In this document: positions 11,816 to 23,071 of the stretch, piece by piece | How the letters are laid out: the number at the start of each line of letters is the position of its first letter | How positions within the stretch are numbered: position 1 is the first letter of the stretch | Origin: Balanoglossus misakiensis | Taxonomy: Eukaryota > Animalia > Hemichordata | Assembly: GCA_040954595.2 (NCBI GenBank) | Contig: JBECUI020000027.1 | Span: forward strand, 310,001-374,000 | Length of the DNA: 64,000 nt | Direction of reading: 5' to 3' | The notes under the pieces: generated by a model | What the model was told of the DNA's origin: nothing | The model's input: only the letters and a program-made list of their open reading frames with translations | The model's database searches: none | Position numbers and translations under genes: made by a program

Positions 11816-12637
11816 ATGTACTTTGAAGAGAAAACCATATTGGTAACGGGGGCTTCCTCGGGTATTGGCCTGGCACTGGCAAAGGACCTTGCCAAAAGAG
11901 GGGGGCGATTGATTCTCTGCGCACGATCGACTGAGAAACTCGATCAATTAGCCGAAACTATTCGGGGTATGGGGAGAGATGCGCATGTTTTTACCTGCGA
12001 TTTAAGTCTTCCTGGTTCAGCGGATGGGTTGTATGGGGAAATCAGACAGGCAGGTTTGAACGTGGATGTTTTGATTAACAATGCCGGTTATGGTAGATGG
12101 GGTGAATTTACAGCTTATGGGGGGGCTGATTATGCCAGAATGATTCAACTCAATATTACTTCTTTAACGGAACTTTGCCGTCTTTTTATTCCTGATATGG
12201 TCAAAAGAGGCCATGGCGGTGTTATTAATGTTGGTTCTGTCGCTTCCTTTATGCCGATTCCGTATGCTGCGGTCTATGCTTCATCCAAGTCCTATGTATT
12301 GTTGCTTACAGAGGCTCTGCGATATGAGTATGATGCGGCTGGTATACGTATTATGGCTTTGTGTCCGGGCAATACCAGGACAAATTTTGCTTCTGTTGCC
12401 TCTGAAAAATCAGAGATTGTGGCGGCTCAGGTAAAGAAATGGAAGCAAGTAAGTACCGATGATAGTGCTAGTGCCCAGGAGGTTGCTCATCAGGGCTTGG
12501 AGGCCTTTGAGAAAGACAAGATGTATGTTATTACGGGGAAACAGAGTAAGTTCAGGCAGAGCTTAGTGCGGCTTCTCTCTCGGGAAACTGTACTGAAGCT
12601 CGCTGGGAAACAGTTTGGGAAAGTGGTAGGAAAATAA
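11816..12637 (+). CDS. Short-chain dehydrogenase/reductase (SDR family)
   Basis: TGASSGIG, NNAG and YASSK motifs; AAGGAG upstream of ATG 11816. Confidence 0.93.
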   Translation: MYFEEKTILVTGASSGIGLALAKDLAKRGGRLILCARSTEKLDQLAETIRGMGRDAHVFTCDLSLPGSADGLYGEIRQAGLNVDVLINNAGYGRWGEFTAYGGADYARMIQLNITSLTELCRLFIPDMVKRGHGGVINVGSVASFMPIPYAAVYASSKSYVLLLTEALRYEYDAAGIRIMALCPGNTRTNFASVASEKSEIVAAQVKKWKQVSTDDSASAQEVAHQGLEAFEKDKMYVITGKQSKFRQSLVRLLSRETVLKLAGKQFGKVVGK

Positions 12638-12691
12638 TGGGGGGCACTTTGCCTTGTTGAATGAGGCAGTTGCGGGGGGGAATGATTTATA

Positions 12692-13258
12692 ATGTTGGCT
12701 ACAAGGGTTAGGATTGAAAAGTGTGCATTGAAATTATTTGCCAAACAGGGCATTAAGCAGACTTCAACTGCCCAGATTACCCAAAAAGCTGGTATCGCAA
12801 CGGGTACTTTGTTTGTTCATTTTAAAACCAAGCAGGAGTTAATTGATTCGCTTTACCTGAATATAAAAGAAACCGCCTTTTCTGGTTTTGAAGCTATTAT
12901 TCAAGCCAATTCAACAATGGAGGAGAAGGTTAAGGCTATAGCTAAGCGAGTTATTGAATATTTTCTTAGGAATTATCATGCCTTTGTTTTCTTAGAGTTA
13001 GTGGAGACCGATCCTTTGGTTTCTGAGGAAAAGGTTGATTCGGGTTATGAGCAGCTTCGGGAGTGCATGACTTGGACAAATAAGGGGCATGCTGAGGGTA
13101 TCGATGTCACTCTTATTCATCAATTGAACTGGAATGTGGTGAAGACCATTATTAAGTTTTTAAAGAAAAACAACCAGAAAGAGGTGGATGAAAAGTTATT
13201 GACTGTTGTTTGGAACATGCTAAGATGCGCGGGGGGAAAGGTCCTCCCGCATTCATAA
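12692..13258 (+). CDS. TetR/AcrR family transcriptional regulator
   Basis: N-terminal HTH ALKLFAKQGIKQTSTAQITQKAGIATGTLFVHFKTKQEL. Confidence 0.92.
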   Translation: MLATRVRIEKCALKLFAKQGIKQTSTAQITQKAGIATGTLFVHFKTKQELIDSLYLNIKETAFSGFEAIIQANSTMEEKVKAIAKRVIEYFLRNYHAFVFLELVETDPLVSEEKVDSGYEQLRECMTWTNKGHAEGIDVTLIHQLNWNVVKTIIKFLKKNNQKEVDEKLLTVVWNMLRCAGGKVLPHS

Positions 13259-13329
13259 GCTCTTATGGTGGTTTTTCTGTAAAGTAGTCCGCCGGTGCTT
13301 CATCGGGTGGACAGGGTCCTCTTCTATGA

Positions 13330-13710
13330 GGTAATTGTCTTAGGGCCCTTAGGTGTTGGAGTGGGAAGTTTCTTCTGAAGCCCATCTTTGAGATTACCAG
13401 AATGGCAAGTATAAGCCTGGGTATCCGCTCTGAAAACAGAGAGGGCAATCCTATAGCCAAGTTGCTTTGCTTGTTCTTGATGAATGCGGGTATCAGATTA
13501 TGGGCCAGAACAGCTACTCATCTTCTTTTCCAATTGATCAAATGCCGGGTAGATAAAGGGGGCCGTAATCAACACGAACAAGCGATTAGTAAAAGACTAA
13601 GGGGGGGGATTTTGCCAATGACTCCGTGGCTGCTCCTGCTCTTTTAGTTCGGTTATTGTATTGTTTTCATTTGCTGAATATCGATGGGAATACTTATCGG
13701 CTGAAAGTTT
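13330..13710 (+). pseudogene. istB: Degraded IS21-family IstB-like ATPase fragment
   Basis: Read across frameshifts: LGPLGVG (Walker A-like), LLVLDECGY (Walker B), HLLFQLI and DSVAAPALLVRLL...NIDGNTYRLK, matching the IstB C-terminal pattern. Confidence 0.65.
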
Positions 13711-14090
13711 TCCAGCTCATGGTGAAGGATCAATGAGGCATGATCAGGCATCAAGAGATACACAGCCGATTCATTCGGAAATTTCAGAGCTTCTTGATGC
13801 GCGTTATAGGGTTTGGTGATTTGAGATATCTATACGGTCCCTAAGGGATAGCCTTAGTCCGCCTGTTTCTACCTTGGCCTGGCCGATTGTTTCTGTATCG
13901 GCTTTCCCCCCCCCTGTCCATGCCCCCCTGTCCATGCCCCCCCTACCAATCCCTGCCAGGGAAGAGGGGAAGGTTAACTTCTCGTTTAAGGGTTCTGCCT
14001 AGTAAAGTTCAGCAGAGGGTGAGTCAATGACTTTTTTTAGGCTCCTCCTAAGTTTCCTCATTCTGCACGGACAGGGCAGGTAGGCGCTAA

Positions 14091-17000
14091 CTACGGCACT
14101 GTATGGGTAATTACTGTCCATGTTGCTCCACCCCAGGATTCGCCTGATAAAGGATAGCCTGAGGTATCTCCCGAATTGGGAATAGACAAGGTTGGTGCAG
14201 TACTTATGAAAAGGAACGCTTCGTCTCCAATACTCGGTGCCGGTGTAGCGTCTATGATTAGCAAGGTAATGGGATTAAAGACAAAGGCCCCCTCCCCTAT
14301 GCTTGTCAGGCCTGCGGGGAGCGCTACTTCAGTAAGCGCTCCAAAACTAAAGGCTCTCGGTCCTATAGTTCTTAAGCTTAGAACAGTCGATAAGTCAACT
14401 TTATCAAGCAAATTTTCCTCAAAGGCAGATTCTCCTATGCTAACTAAGTTTACAGCATTGGAGAAATCCACACTGGTGAGATCGTCGCTATCATCATCGT
14501 GAGTTCTATCTTCAAAGGCGCGATCAGATATGCCCCTTACATTGTAGGAAATACCGTTATGCGTGATTACAGCTGGTATCGTAATATCTCGTGCAGAACC
14601 GGGAACCCTTCCTGCAGCCAAGGCTTCTCCAGTAACGATTCCATAGTAAAGATTATTAATTATAATAATGGAATAGGTTGTGGCCATTGGTAGACCGTTT
14701 GTGCCCAAATCAGAGAATACTGCTACAGGATTACCTAGAAAGGTGTCGGTACCTAGCTGCGTGCTTGTCCCGTGAAATGTTACCTCTGTAATAAGGTTGT
14801 TTTTGAAGGCATTGTCTCCTAGGCTTGTTAGCCCCAATGGTATAGACAGGTCTGCAATGTCATTCTCGGCAAAAGCATTCTCTCCTATACTGCTTAAGCT
14901 TGTGTTCCCTGAGAGGTTCACACTGGTAATTTGATTCTCCGCAAAAGCATGCGCTCCTATGCTGGCTAAGCTTGTAGCTCCTGTAAAATCTACCGTGACA
15001 ATATTATTAAAACTAAAAGCATTAGCCTGTATGCTGCCTAAGTTTGTGGCTGCTGAGAGATCCACACTGGTAATTGCATTTTCTGAAAAAGCGTAATCCC
15101 CTATGCTGCTTAAGTTTGTGGCTCCTGAAAAATTCACATTGGTGATGTCATTGTTCCAAAAGGCATACGTTCCTATACTGCCTAAGTTTGTAGCTACTGA
15201 GAGATCCACACTGGTAATGTCATTTCCTGAAAAAACGTGATCCCCTATGCTGGTGATACTTTGAGATAACTTTACCCTGGTAATGGCATTGTATCTGAAT
15301 GCTTCTCCTCCAAGGGTTTGTAACATTGGCATACTAGCAAAATCTACTTCACCAGCAATATCGTTACTTCGAAAAGCGGAGGCCCCTATGCTGGAAACTT
15401 GGGCCGGTATCACTAGGCTTGTAAGCTTGTTAGAGTGAAAGGCTCCTTCGCTTATGCTCTGTAAAACGGTGTTCCCCGAAAAGTCCACACTGCTGATACG
15501 ATTGAAGCTGAATACCCTGACGCCTAAGCTGCTTATGGCTGGGGGCAGCACCACGCTGGTGAGTTCGTTCCCCCTGAAGGCCTCATTTCCTAAGCTAGTT
15601 ACGGTGTAACTCTCTCCCCCTTTCATAACAAAGCTCGGTATGAGGACTTCTGTAATAGCTCCGTTATAATCGGTGATCTCAACGGAGTTCTGTGTGCCTA
15701 TTGTCCATGAGCCAAACCTGAAACCAGAGTACAACCCTGAGGCTATTGTTGCGTTGTTAGCAAAGTTTACCATGGTGCCATCGCTATCCTTGTATACATC
15801 GCCTACAAGGTAGGTGTTTTCAAACACATTGCTCCCCATCAGGTTTGTATCGCTTACCTCAAATTCTATGGCAAACAAGTTTGTGTTATCGGCAAAGGCG
15901 CCACTTCTTATATGGCTCACATTTTCAGGGACAGAAACGCTGGTGAGATTTTTGTTTCGAAAGGCATCAACGCCTATGCTTCTAACGGGATACGTGGTAC
16001 CCGATTCTATGATGCTTCCAGGAATCGTTATGGTTGTAGCACTCCCCCCGTATGCGATGATGGTTGCTCCTGAAGCCCCTCCAAGTTCTTCTGGAATTCC
16101 TGTTACCGGGGTGTAGCGCTGTATTGTTCCCAATTCATAGGTATAATCGCCTTGTGTTGTTTCTGCACCGGAGATGTATTCATAGAGGCCCTGAGCTACG
16201 GATACAGAACCAAAAGAACTCTCCTGAGGTTTCTTAAAATGTCCTTCTAATAGAGTCCCTTGGAATATACCGGTTGTTGTTGTGTCATCTCCCCATCGCT
16301 CCATTGCTGTTTCTGTTCCCATGAAATTGACGGAAGCCAACAAGGCATTGCCCGAAAAAGCATTATGCCCCAGAGACAGCACCGCTGCTGGAATTATCAG
16401 GCTTGTAAGGTCATTATCAGCGAACGCTCCTTCATCTATAGCTAGGGTAGCCGGCGGTATGACAACATGGCTAAGGTTCTTATTTCTCAAGGCATCTTGC
16501 CCTATGTATGTTACCTCATACCTTAGGCCCGACAAATCTCTTATATCCTCAGGGATTGTTATGTCAGTAGCACTTCCTCCATACGCTGTAAGCATGGCGC
16601 GAAGAGTGCTAAGATTCAATTCTACGTTGCCCTGGCCTGATGTATAACGGTGAAATACAGGCAGATCATAGGTATAATCGCCTATTATCTCTGATTTTTG
16701 GGGGATAATTTCATATAAGCCTTGGGGTATAACCGTATGATCAGCTACTCTCTTAAAATGCCATTCCAAAAGGGTTCCGGCAAATATCCCGTTCGGACTT
16801 TCCCTCCATACGTTAATAAGGGCATTGCCTCCTTGAAATTCTATTGAGCTCAAGTTCGTATTATTGGTGAAGGCACTGTCTCCTATACTCGTGATGCTTG
16901 CAGGAATCACAGCACTTGTAAGTTCTTTATTACTCAAGGCACTGGCTCCGATTTCTGTCACTGTATAGACATTTCCTGCTCCACTGCTGACGCTGCCTGG

Positions 17001-20000
17001 AATTCTCAGGCTGGTATCGCTGCCTGTGTAGGCGGTAATATGAGCTTGGGCAGAAGGACTTGTCTCCCTGGGGCCAGCAGTCGGCACATAGGCTTCATGT
17101 TCATTCAAACTGTAGGCATAACCGTCTATCGTTTCTGATGTTCCCGCAATGTATTTATAACTTCCTTGTGCAGGGGCTGTATTATCGGCTGTTCTCTTAA
17201 AATGCCCTTTTAATGGAGTGCTATTAAACACGCCATCCCCTGTGTTTGAATCGCCCCATACACTGACAACCGTTGCATCTCCATCGAAATCAACAGAGAC
17301 AAGAGGATTATTGTCAAAAGCAAGCATTTCTAAATTTGTCACACTTGCCGGTATCCTCACGCTTGTGATCCCATTGAGTGAAAAGGCAGCAAACTTTATG
17401 CTGCTCAAGCTCACAGTATTAGAAAAATCCACACTCGTAATATTGTTATTTAAAAAGGCAGTTCGGCCTATGCTTTCTACACTTGAAGGGATTGTTACAC
17501 TCCTAAGGTCATTCCTCTGAAATGCAGAAGTGCCTATTCGTAGAAGTTTTGAGGCATTGGAGAAATCCACACTCGTAAGTTTATTGGCCCCCCCATAAAA
17601 AGCCGTTGCCCCAACTCCTGTTATATCGTAACTTCTGCCTTCAATGCTAACGTTTGCGTCTATGCTGATTGTTTGGACATTCTTGTCAACTCGACCTGCC
17701 AGCACTGCTTCGCCATTTTCGAGGGCATAATACATATTATTAGACATGACTACTTCATAAGTTCTTGCCTCAGGAGTTTCCCCGTCTCCCAAGGAGGAAA
17801 ATGCAGCTACTGGATTAAAAATACTGAAAACCCCATCATTAAGGTATGTAGAGGCTCCCTCAAAGGTAACTTTTGTGAGGGCATTGCTTCTAAAGGCAGT
17901 GCTGCCTAAGGATGTTACACTTGCCGGTATTGTCATTTCTGTGAGTTCGTTGTAGATAAAAGCCCTCCTATCTATGCTGAGGAGGTTGCTTGCCTTGGAG
18001 AGATCTACACTTGTAAGAGATTTATTTTCAAAGGCCCCTTCCCAATGAAGAGAACTTCCACCAGGGGGTATAGAACCACTTATACTCACTATTGGATACG
18101 TATTATTACCTAGAGTCACACTGGCAGGTATAGCCACCGATGCCAAGGCGACGGTGACATGATCGGTAAAATAATCAGTAATGTGTATATCGGCGGAAGT
18201 CTCTGGTAGTCCTACTTCTCCCGTTATCGATGAGAACTGAAAAGCAGAATATAATTCCGCAAGTACGCTGCCGGGATTCAGGGCCGCTAAGCGACTTGAG
18301 CCATCACTTATGTATACTGTGCTGGAAAGATGGGTGTTTTGAAAAACTGTTGACCCTAAAACCGTGTTACTTCCTTTAAATTCTGCTGTTACCAAATCCT
18401 CATTATCGGCAAAGGCACTGTCTCCGATACTTGTGATGCTTGCAGGTATCACGACACTGATGAGTTCTTTATTGCTAAGCGCATTGGCTTTGATTTCCGA
18501 CACCACATAGGCATGACTTGTAACACTGGTTACCGTATCAGGGATGCTTAGAGCGGTATCACTGCCTGCATACTGCGTAATGACGGCTTCTCTTCCTCCC
18601 TGTTCCTCTGGGATTCCAGAAGCGGGTGTATAGCTGTATATGGTGCCCAGATTATACGTATAATCGCCTATTGCCTCAGAGGAACCTTCAATGGTTTCGT
18701 ATAATCCCTGCGGCACTTTGCCATGGTCTACTTGCTTAAAATGTCCTTCTAGCAAAGTTCCCTGAAATATCCCTTCAGGACTTTCTCCCCAGACATTCAC
18801 CGAAGCATTGGATCCCTTAAATTCAACAGAAGACAGGGCGGGGTTACCGGCAAAGGCAGCATCGCCAATGCTCGTTATACCCGCAGGAAGCAGCACATGA
18901 GTAAGTCCCTTTCCAGTAAAGACGTTGGGGCCGATTGAGCTTACGGTGTAGCTGTTGCCTGCTCCACTGATAACATTTTCGGCAAGGCTCAGAGAGGTAT
19001 CACTGCCTGCATACTGCGTAATGACGGCTTCTCTTCCTCCCTGTTCCTCTGGGATTCCAGAAGCGGGAGTATAACGGTATATGGTGCCCAGATTATACGT
19101 ATAATCGCCTATTGTCTCAGAGGAACCTTCAATGGTTTCGTATAATCCCTGCGGCACTTTGCCATGGTCTACTTGCTTAAAATGTCCTTCTAGCAAAGTT
19201 CCCTGAAATATCCCTTCAGGACTTTCTCCCCAGACATTCACCGAAGCATTGGATCCCTTAAATTCAACAGAAGACAGGGCGGGGTTACCGGCAAAGGCAG
19301 CATCGCCAATGCTCGTTATACCCGCAGGAAGCAGCACATGAGTAAGACCCTTTCCAGTAAAGACGTTGGGGCCGATTGAGCTTACGGTGTAGCTGTTGCC
19401 TGCTCCACTGATAACATTTTCGGCAAGGCTCAGAGCGGTATCACTGCCTGCATACTGCGTAATGACGGTTTCTCTTCCTCCCTGTTCCTCTGGGATTCCA
19501 GAAGCGGGAGTATAACGGTATATGGTGCCCAGATCATACGTATAATCGCCTATTGCCTCAGAAGAACCTTCAATGGTTTCGTATAATCCCTGCGGCACTT
19601 TGCCATGGTCTACTTGCTTAAAATGTCCTTCTAGCAAAGTTCCCTGAAATATCCCTTCAGGACTTCCTCCCCAGACATTCACCGAAGCATTGGATCCCTT
19701 AAACTCAACAGAAGACAGGGCGGGGTTACCGGCAAAGGCAGCATCGCCAATGCTCGTTATACCCGCAGGAAGCTCCAAAAGAGTGAGACCTTTGTTAAAC
19801 AATGCCTTCTCAGTAATGCCGATGATAATTTTACCACTTACTGTTCTTTCTGGAATAATGAGCACGGACGCACTACCAGTGTAGTCAAGGAGATGGACGC
19901 CTTCCTTATTTGTAGAATCTTCTCGATATAAGAGATTGCCTTCATAAAACTCCGTGTCTCCCGCGGGATTGATGCAGGAAAATATTGTTATGGATAACAT

Positions 20001-20042
20001 CAAAACCAATATCAGGTTTAACAACGAGCTAATTCTTTGCAT
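14091..20042 (-). CDS. Large BspA-family leucine-rich-repeat (LRR_5/TpLRR) surface lipoprotein
   Basis: 1983 aa; signal peptide with TIFS-C lipobox; many LxSIGxxAFxxNxLTSVxIP repeats. Confidence 0.9.
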   Translation of the reverse strand: MQRISSLLNLILVLMLSITIFSCINPAGDTEFYEGNLLYREDSTNKEGVHLLDYTGSASVLIIPERTVSGKIIIGITEKALFNKGLTLLELPAGITSIGDAAFAGNPALSSVEFKGSNASVNVWGGSPEGIFQGTLLEGHFKQVDHGKVPQGLYETIEGSSEAIGDYTYDLGTIYRYTPASGIPEEQGGRETVITQYAGSDTALSLAENVISGAGNSYTVSSIGPNVFTGKGLTHVLLPAGITSIGDAAFAGNPALSSVEFKGSNASVNVWGESPEGIFQGTLLEGHFKQVDHGKVPQGLYETIEGSSETIGDYTYNLGTIYRYTPASGIPEEQGGREAVITQYAGSDTSLSLAENVISGAGNSYTVSSIGPNVFTGKGLTHVLLPAGITSIGDAAFAGNPALSSVEFKGSNASVNVWGESPEGIFQGTLLEGHFKQVDHGKVPQGLYETIEGSSEAIGDYTYNLGTIYSYTPASGIPEEQGGREAVITQYAGSDTALSIPDTVTSVTSHAYVVSEIKANALSNKELISVVIPASITSIGDSAFADNEDLVTAEFKGSNTVLGSTVFQNTHLSSTVYISDGSSRLAALNPGSVLAELYSAFQFSSITGEVGLPETSADIHITDYFTDHVTVALASVAIPASVTLGNNTYPIVSISGSIPPGGSSLHWEGAFENKSLTSVDLSKASNLLSIDRRAFIYNELTEMTIPASVTSLGSTAFRSNALTKVTFEGASTYLNDGVFSIFNPVAAFSSLGDGETPEARTYEVVMSNNMYYALENGEAVLAGRVDKNVQTISIDANVSIEGRSYDITGVGATAFYGGANKLTSVDFSNASKLLRIGTSAFQRNDLRSVTIPSSVESIGRTAFLNNNITSVDFSNTVSLSSIKFAAFSLNGITSVRIPASVTNLEMLAFDNNPLVSVDFDGDATVVSVWGDSNTGDGVFNSTPLKGHFKRTADNTAPAQGSYKYIAGTSETIDGYAYSLNEHEAYVPTAGPRETSPSAQAHITAYTGSDTSLRIPGSVSSGAGNVYTVTEIGASALSNKELTSAVIPASITSIGDSAFTNNTNLSSIEFQGGNALINVWRESPNGIFAGTLLEWHFKRVADHTVIPQGLYEIIPQKSEIIGDYTYDLPVFHRYTSGQGNVELNLSTLRAMLTAYGGSATDITIPEDIRDLSGLRYEVTYIGQDALRNKNLSHVVIPPATLAIDEGAFADNDLTSLIIPAAVLSLGHNAFSGNALLASVNFMGTETAMERWGDDTTTTGIFQGTLLEGHFKKPQESSFGSVSVAQGLYEYISGAETTQGDYTYELGTIQRYTPVTGIPEELGGASGATIIAYGGSATTITIPGSIIESGTTYPVRSIGVDAFRNKNLTSVSVPENVSHIRSGAFADNTNLFAIEFEVSDTNLMGSNVFENTYLVGDVYKDSDGTMVNFANNATIASGLYSGFRFGSWTIGTQNSVEITDYNGAITEVLIPSFVMKGGESYTVTSLGNEAFRGNELTSVVLPPAISSLGVRVFSFNRISSVDFSGNTVLQSISEGAFHSNKLTSLVIPAQVSSIGASAFRSNDIAGEVDFASMPMLQTLGGEAFRYNAITRVKLSQSITSIGDHVFSGNDITSVDLSVATNLGSIGTYAFWNNDITNVNFSGATNLSSIGDYAFSENAITSVDLSAATNLGSIQANAFSFNNIVTVDFTGATSLASIGAHAFAENQITSVNLSGNTSLSSIGENAFAENDIADLSIPLGLTSLGDNAFKNNLITEVTFHGTSTQLGTDTFLGNPVAVFSDLGTNGLPMATTYSIIIINNLYYGIVTGEALAAGRVPGSARDITIPAVITHNGISYNVRGISDRAFEDRTHDDDSDDLTSVDFSNAVNLVSIGESAFEENLLDKVDLSTVLSLRTIGPRAFSFGALTEVALPAGLTSIGEGAFVFNPITLLIIDATPAPSIGDEAFLFISTAPTLSIPNSGDTSGYPLSGESWGGATWTVITHTVP
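18550..19773. repeat. ~2.8 near-identical tandem 441-bp (147-aa) repeats inside the BspA-like gene
   Basis: GGGTTACCGGCAAAGGCAGC recurs at 18841, 19282 and 19723. Confidence 0.92.
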
Positions 20043-20869
20043 ACGATACTCCTTGATATGTCTGCAGTAGGATACTTGCTGCCCATTAACTTTGCCAAGT
20101 CAAGTATAACATCTAACTTCAAGTATACATCCATCCTTTGGGTCAGGGAAATAACTCAATTTAATCTTTGCTTTAACAAAATTTTATGTTCACTTGTGAG
20201 TAAACTAGGATTGCTACTTGAGAATAGGCAAGATTGCTTCATCATCTACCCTATACTATATTCGTACCCGCCTTGTATTCAATAACAAGATTTTGGAAGT
20301 AGCACAATTCTAATCTCAAATCACAACTTATTTTTCTTGGAGAAACCATCAGATCCACCTCGCTTTTTTAACAAAGGAAGAACTTGACAAACCTGCACAT
20401 TATCCAGGGCTTTACCTGGACATGCCTCCTGTCAGCCATGCTCTCCTATAATGCGGAATGGAATTATTGAGAGCTTCCCGATATAAGCAAGTTCGGATCG
20501 GTTGGGGAATTGTTTTAACGATAAGAAGAATCTGCTTACTGGTATCCCGAAGTCCTAGGCTAGGCTTTCAGGGGGGATTGCCCCGCCCCCTGAGGCCCGG
20601 GAAACCTTTAGCCACCGTCCTAATTCCCTACGGCAGCCTTCAACCCCCATAACTCCAAACAATCCCCCTAAATCAGGGATGGGAATCTTTCGGGATTCTC
20701 TCTGAATGTATTGATGCAAAAAGTAAGAACTAAAAAATTCGCCTTGGGGATATTATGACTTCAAAGATAGGGGAAGGTAATATCAATTACGTAGTGAACA
20801 TAAGCTATTATGATGCTAATTTTTATTACGAACTTACAATTCAAGATGACTACTTTGAATTTTTAGGCT

Positions 20870-21004
20870 GTTGACCAGAAACAGACTATTCCTCCCCTTC
20901 ACCGAATAACAAAGCAAGGCCTACATTGGGTTCAATTGTCGAGTGGAGCTCGGGGTAGCAATTCCCCCGATGACTATATTGATTGGCGCATCATAGAAAG
21001 GTAG
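20870..21004 (+). pseudogene. Remnant copy 0 of the lipoprotein array (upstream-like sequence fused to the last ~28 codons)
   Basis: Encodes GLHWVQLSSGARGSNSPDDYIDWRIIER-stop and is followed by a standard array spacer; a degenerate spacer is also present at ~20515-20635. Confidence 0.75.
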
Positions 21005-21444
21005 TCTTTGTCTCGGCAGGGGATGTGCTGTTCTCATGCTGGGACAGCTGCCAAGGATGCCATGGAGAAAGAAAAGAAAGGCTCCCCTTGGGGCTAAAAT
21101 GATGACTTTTCAGTAACTTCCAGGCCTAAGCAGTTCCTCGGGGGCTAGAGGGAGTAAAAACGATAAGAAGGATCTGCTTACTGGTACCCCCAAAGCCCTA
21201 GGACAGGCTTTCGGGGTGTGCCCGCTCCCAGATGCCCGGAAAACCTTAGCCAGCACCCTAATCTCCCTATGATTCCTATGCTTTTCCTCAGGTTACTAAC
21301 CAAGAAAAGATCATTTCACCCCCTTACCAAAAAGAGATAATAGTCCCCTTGATAAAATCCAGATAAGGAGATAGACTGAAGCTTAAGTTCAAATCTAGTA
21401 AACCAAAGCCTTGTAAGAGGCTATTTTTAAGGAGGCATACAAAG

Positions 21445-22625
21445 ATGATCAGCAATTTAAGGAAACTCACTCACTCACTCACTCACTCACTCACTCACTC
21501 ACTCACTCACTCACCAACTCTTGCGCGTTAGGACTTCAAAGAAAGCCTAGTTCCCTTCGCCGTTTTTCCCCGTTAAAAGCAATACTTTTCTGTATAATCC
21601 CAGCGCTGTTCCTGACAGGCTGCGGCCCCACCGGTCCAAGTCGAGAAACCCTCATAACAACTTTGACCATCAACGGCCTGGAGGGAGTGGCAACAGTTGA
21701 TGAAACCAAAACCGTTTTTTCTTTTGATAAACTAGACTCAGGTGCGGTAAGCACCTTTGACCTCAGCGTATCCCCTGGGGCCACGGTTACCCATGCCGAC
21801 GGTACCGCTCTGACGGCTGAGAATCTTCTTATTGGCGAGGAATTCCCCGTGCTCGTTACCGCAGAGGATGGACTTACTACCCAAACCTACACCTTATTAA
21901 TTACCGGGGATATTCTCATTACCAACAAATACAGCAACGGCTACTACGTCTGGTTTGACCTAACCTTGCATCAAAACACTACGGTGGATTTCTACGCAGT
22001 AGAAGAAGGAACGACCCTGCCCAGCGCCGATTCTGTGGCGGCCATGGATGACACCGATGGGGACCAGGCCGTTGACGGACAACACTTCAGAGATGCCTTG
22101 GTTGCCGGGGAACCCCACCGTATTGTTCTGTACAACTTGGACACCTCCAAAAACTACGATATTGGCAGCTATTTCAGTGATGCTAAGTATCCCGGCTCTC
22201 ACGCCGCTGTTTTGACACAGATGACTACAGCCGCAGAACCCAGCACTACCGGCAAGGTGGTTTGGCAGGCTTACGAAGGGCAGCGAATTATTCTGCCGCC
22301 TGCAAGGTTGTTGTCAAATAATGATCTTGCTGAAACATCCAAAGCTCATAGTCTTTACGTACGAAAAACTACAGCAGAGGGGGAGCAAGTCATCTACAAT
22401 TTATTTAATATAATTCCAGATAATTCTTATTCGTTCGGCCCTCAGTACAACCCAGCTATTTATCAGACTGTAGAGGTTCTTTTTACTCCTCCGGGATATT
22501 ATTTCATAAATTTTACAGATGTTATGAAATCACAAGAAGGCATATATTGGGTTCGATGGGGGGACGAAGATGCCGATACCGATTTCCCCGATGACTATAT
22601 TGATTTGCGCATCATAGAAAGGTAG
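21445..22625 (+). CDS. Variable lipoprotein copy 1, phase OFF ((CTCA)12)
   Basis: AGGAGG-ATG; ATG-to-LTING distance 218 nt, out of frame; downstream ORF intact. Confidence 0.88.
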
Positions 22626-23071
22626 TCTTTGTCTCGGCAGGGGATGTGCTGTTCTCATGCTAGGACGGCTGCCAAAGAATGCCATGGAGAAAGAAAAGAA
22701 AGGCTCCCGTTGGGGCCACAATGATGACTTTTCAGCAACCTCTAGGCCTGGGCAGTCCCTCGGGAACTAGAGGGAGTAAAAACGATAAGAAGAATCTGCT
22801 TACTGGTACCCCCAAAGCCCTAGAATAGGCTTTCGGGGTGTGCCCGCTCCCAGATGCCCGGAAAACCCTAGCCAGCACCCTAATCTCCCTATGATTCCTA
22901 TGCTTTTCCTCGGTTACTAACCAAGAAAAGATCATTTCACCCCCTTACCAAACAATAAAGAGATAACACCCCCCCTTGATAAAATCCAGATAGCGAGATA
23001 GACTGAAGCTTAAGTTCAAATCTAGTAAACCAAAGCCTTGTAAGAGGCTATTTTTAAGGAGGCATACAAAG

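Noticed and set aside
13905-13945. Short CCCCCTGTCCATG duplication
   Set aside because: Only about two copies in a low-complexity stretch; no supportable function.
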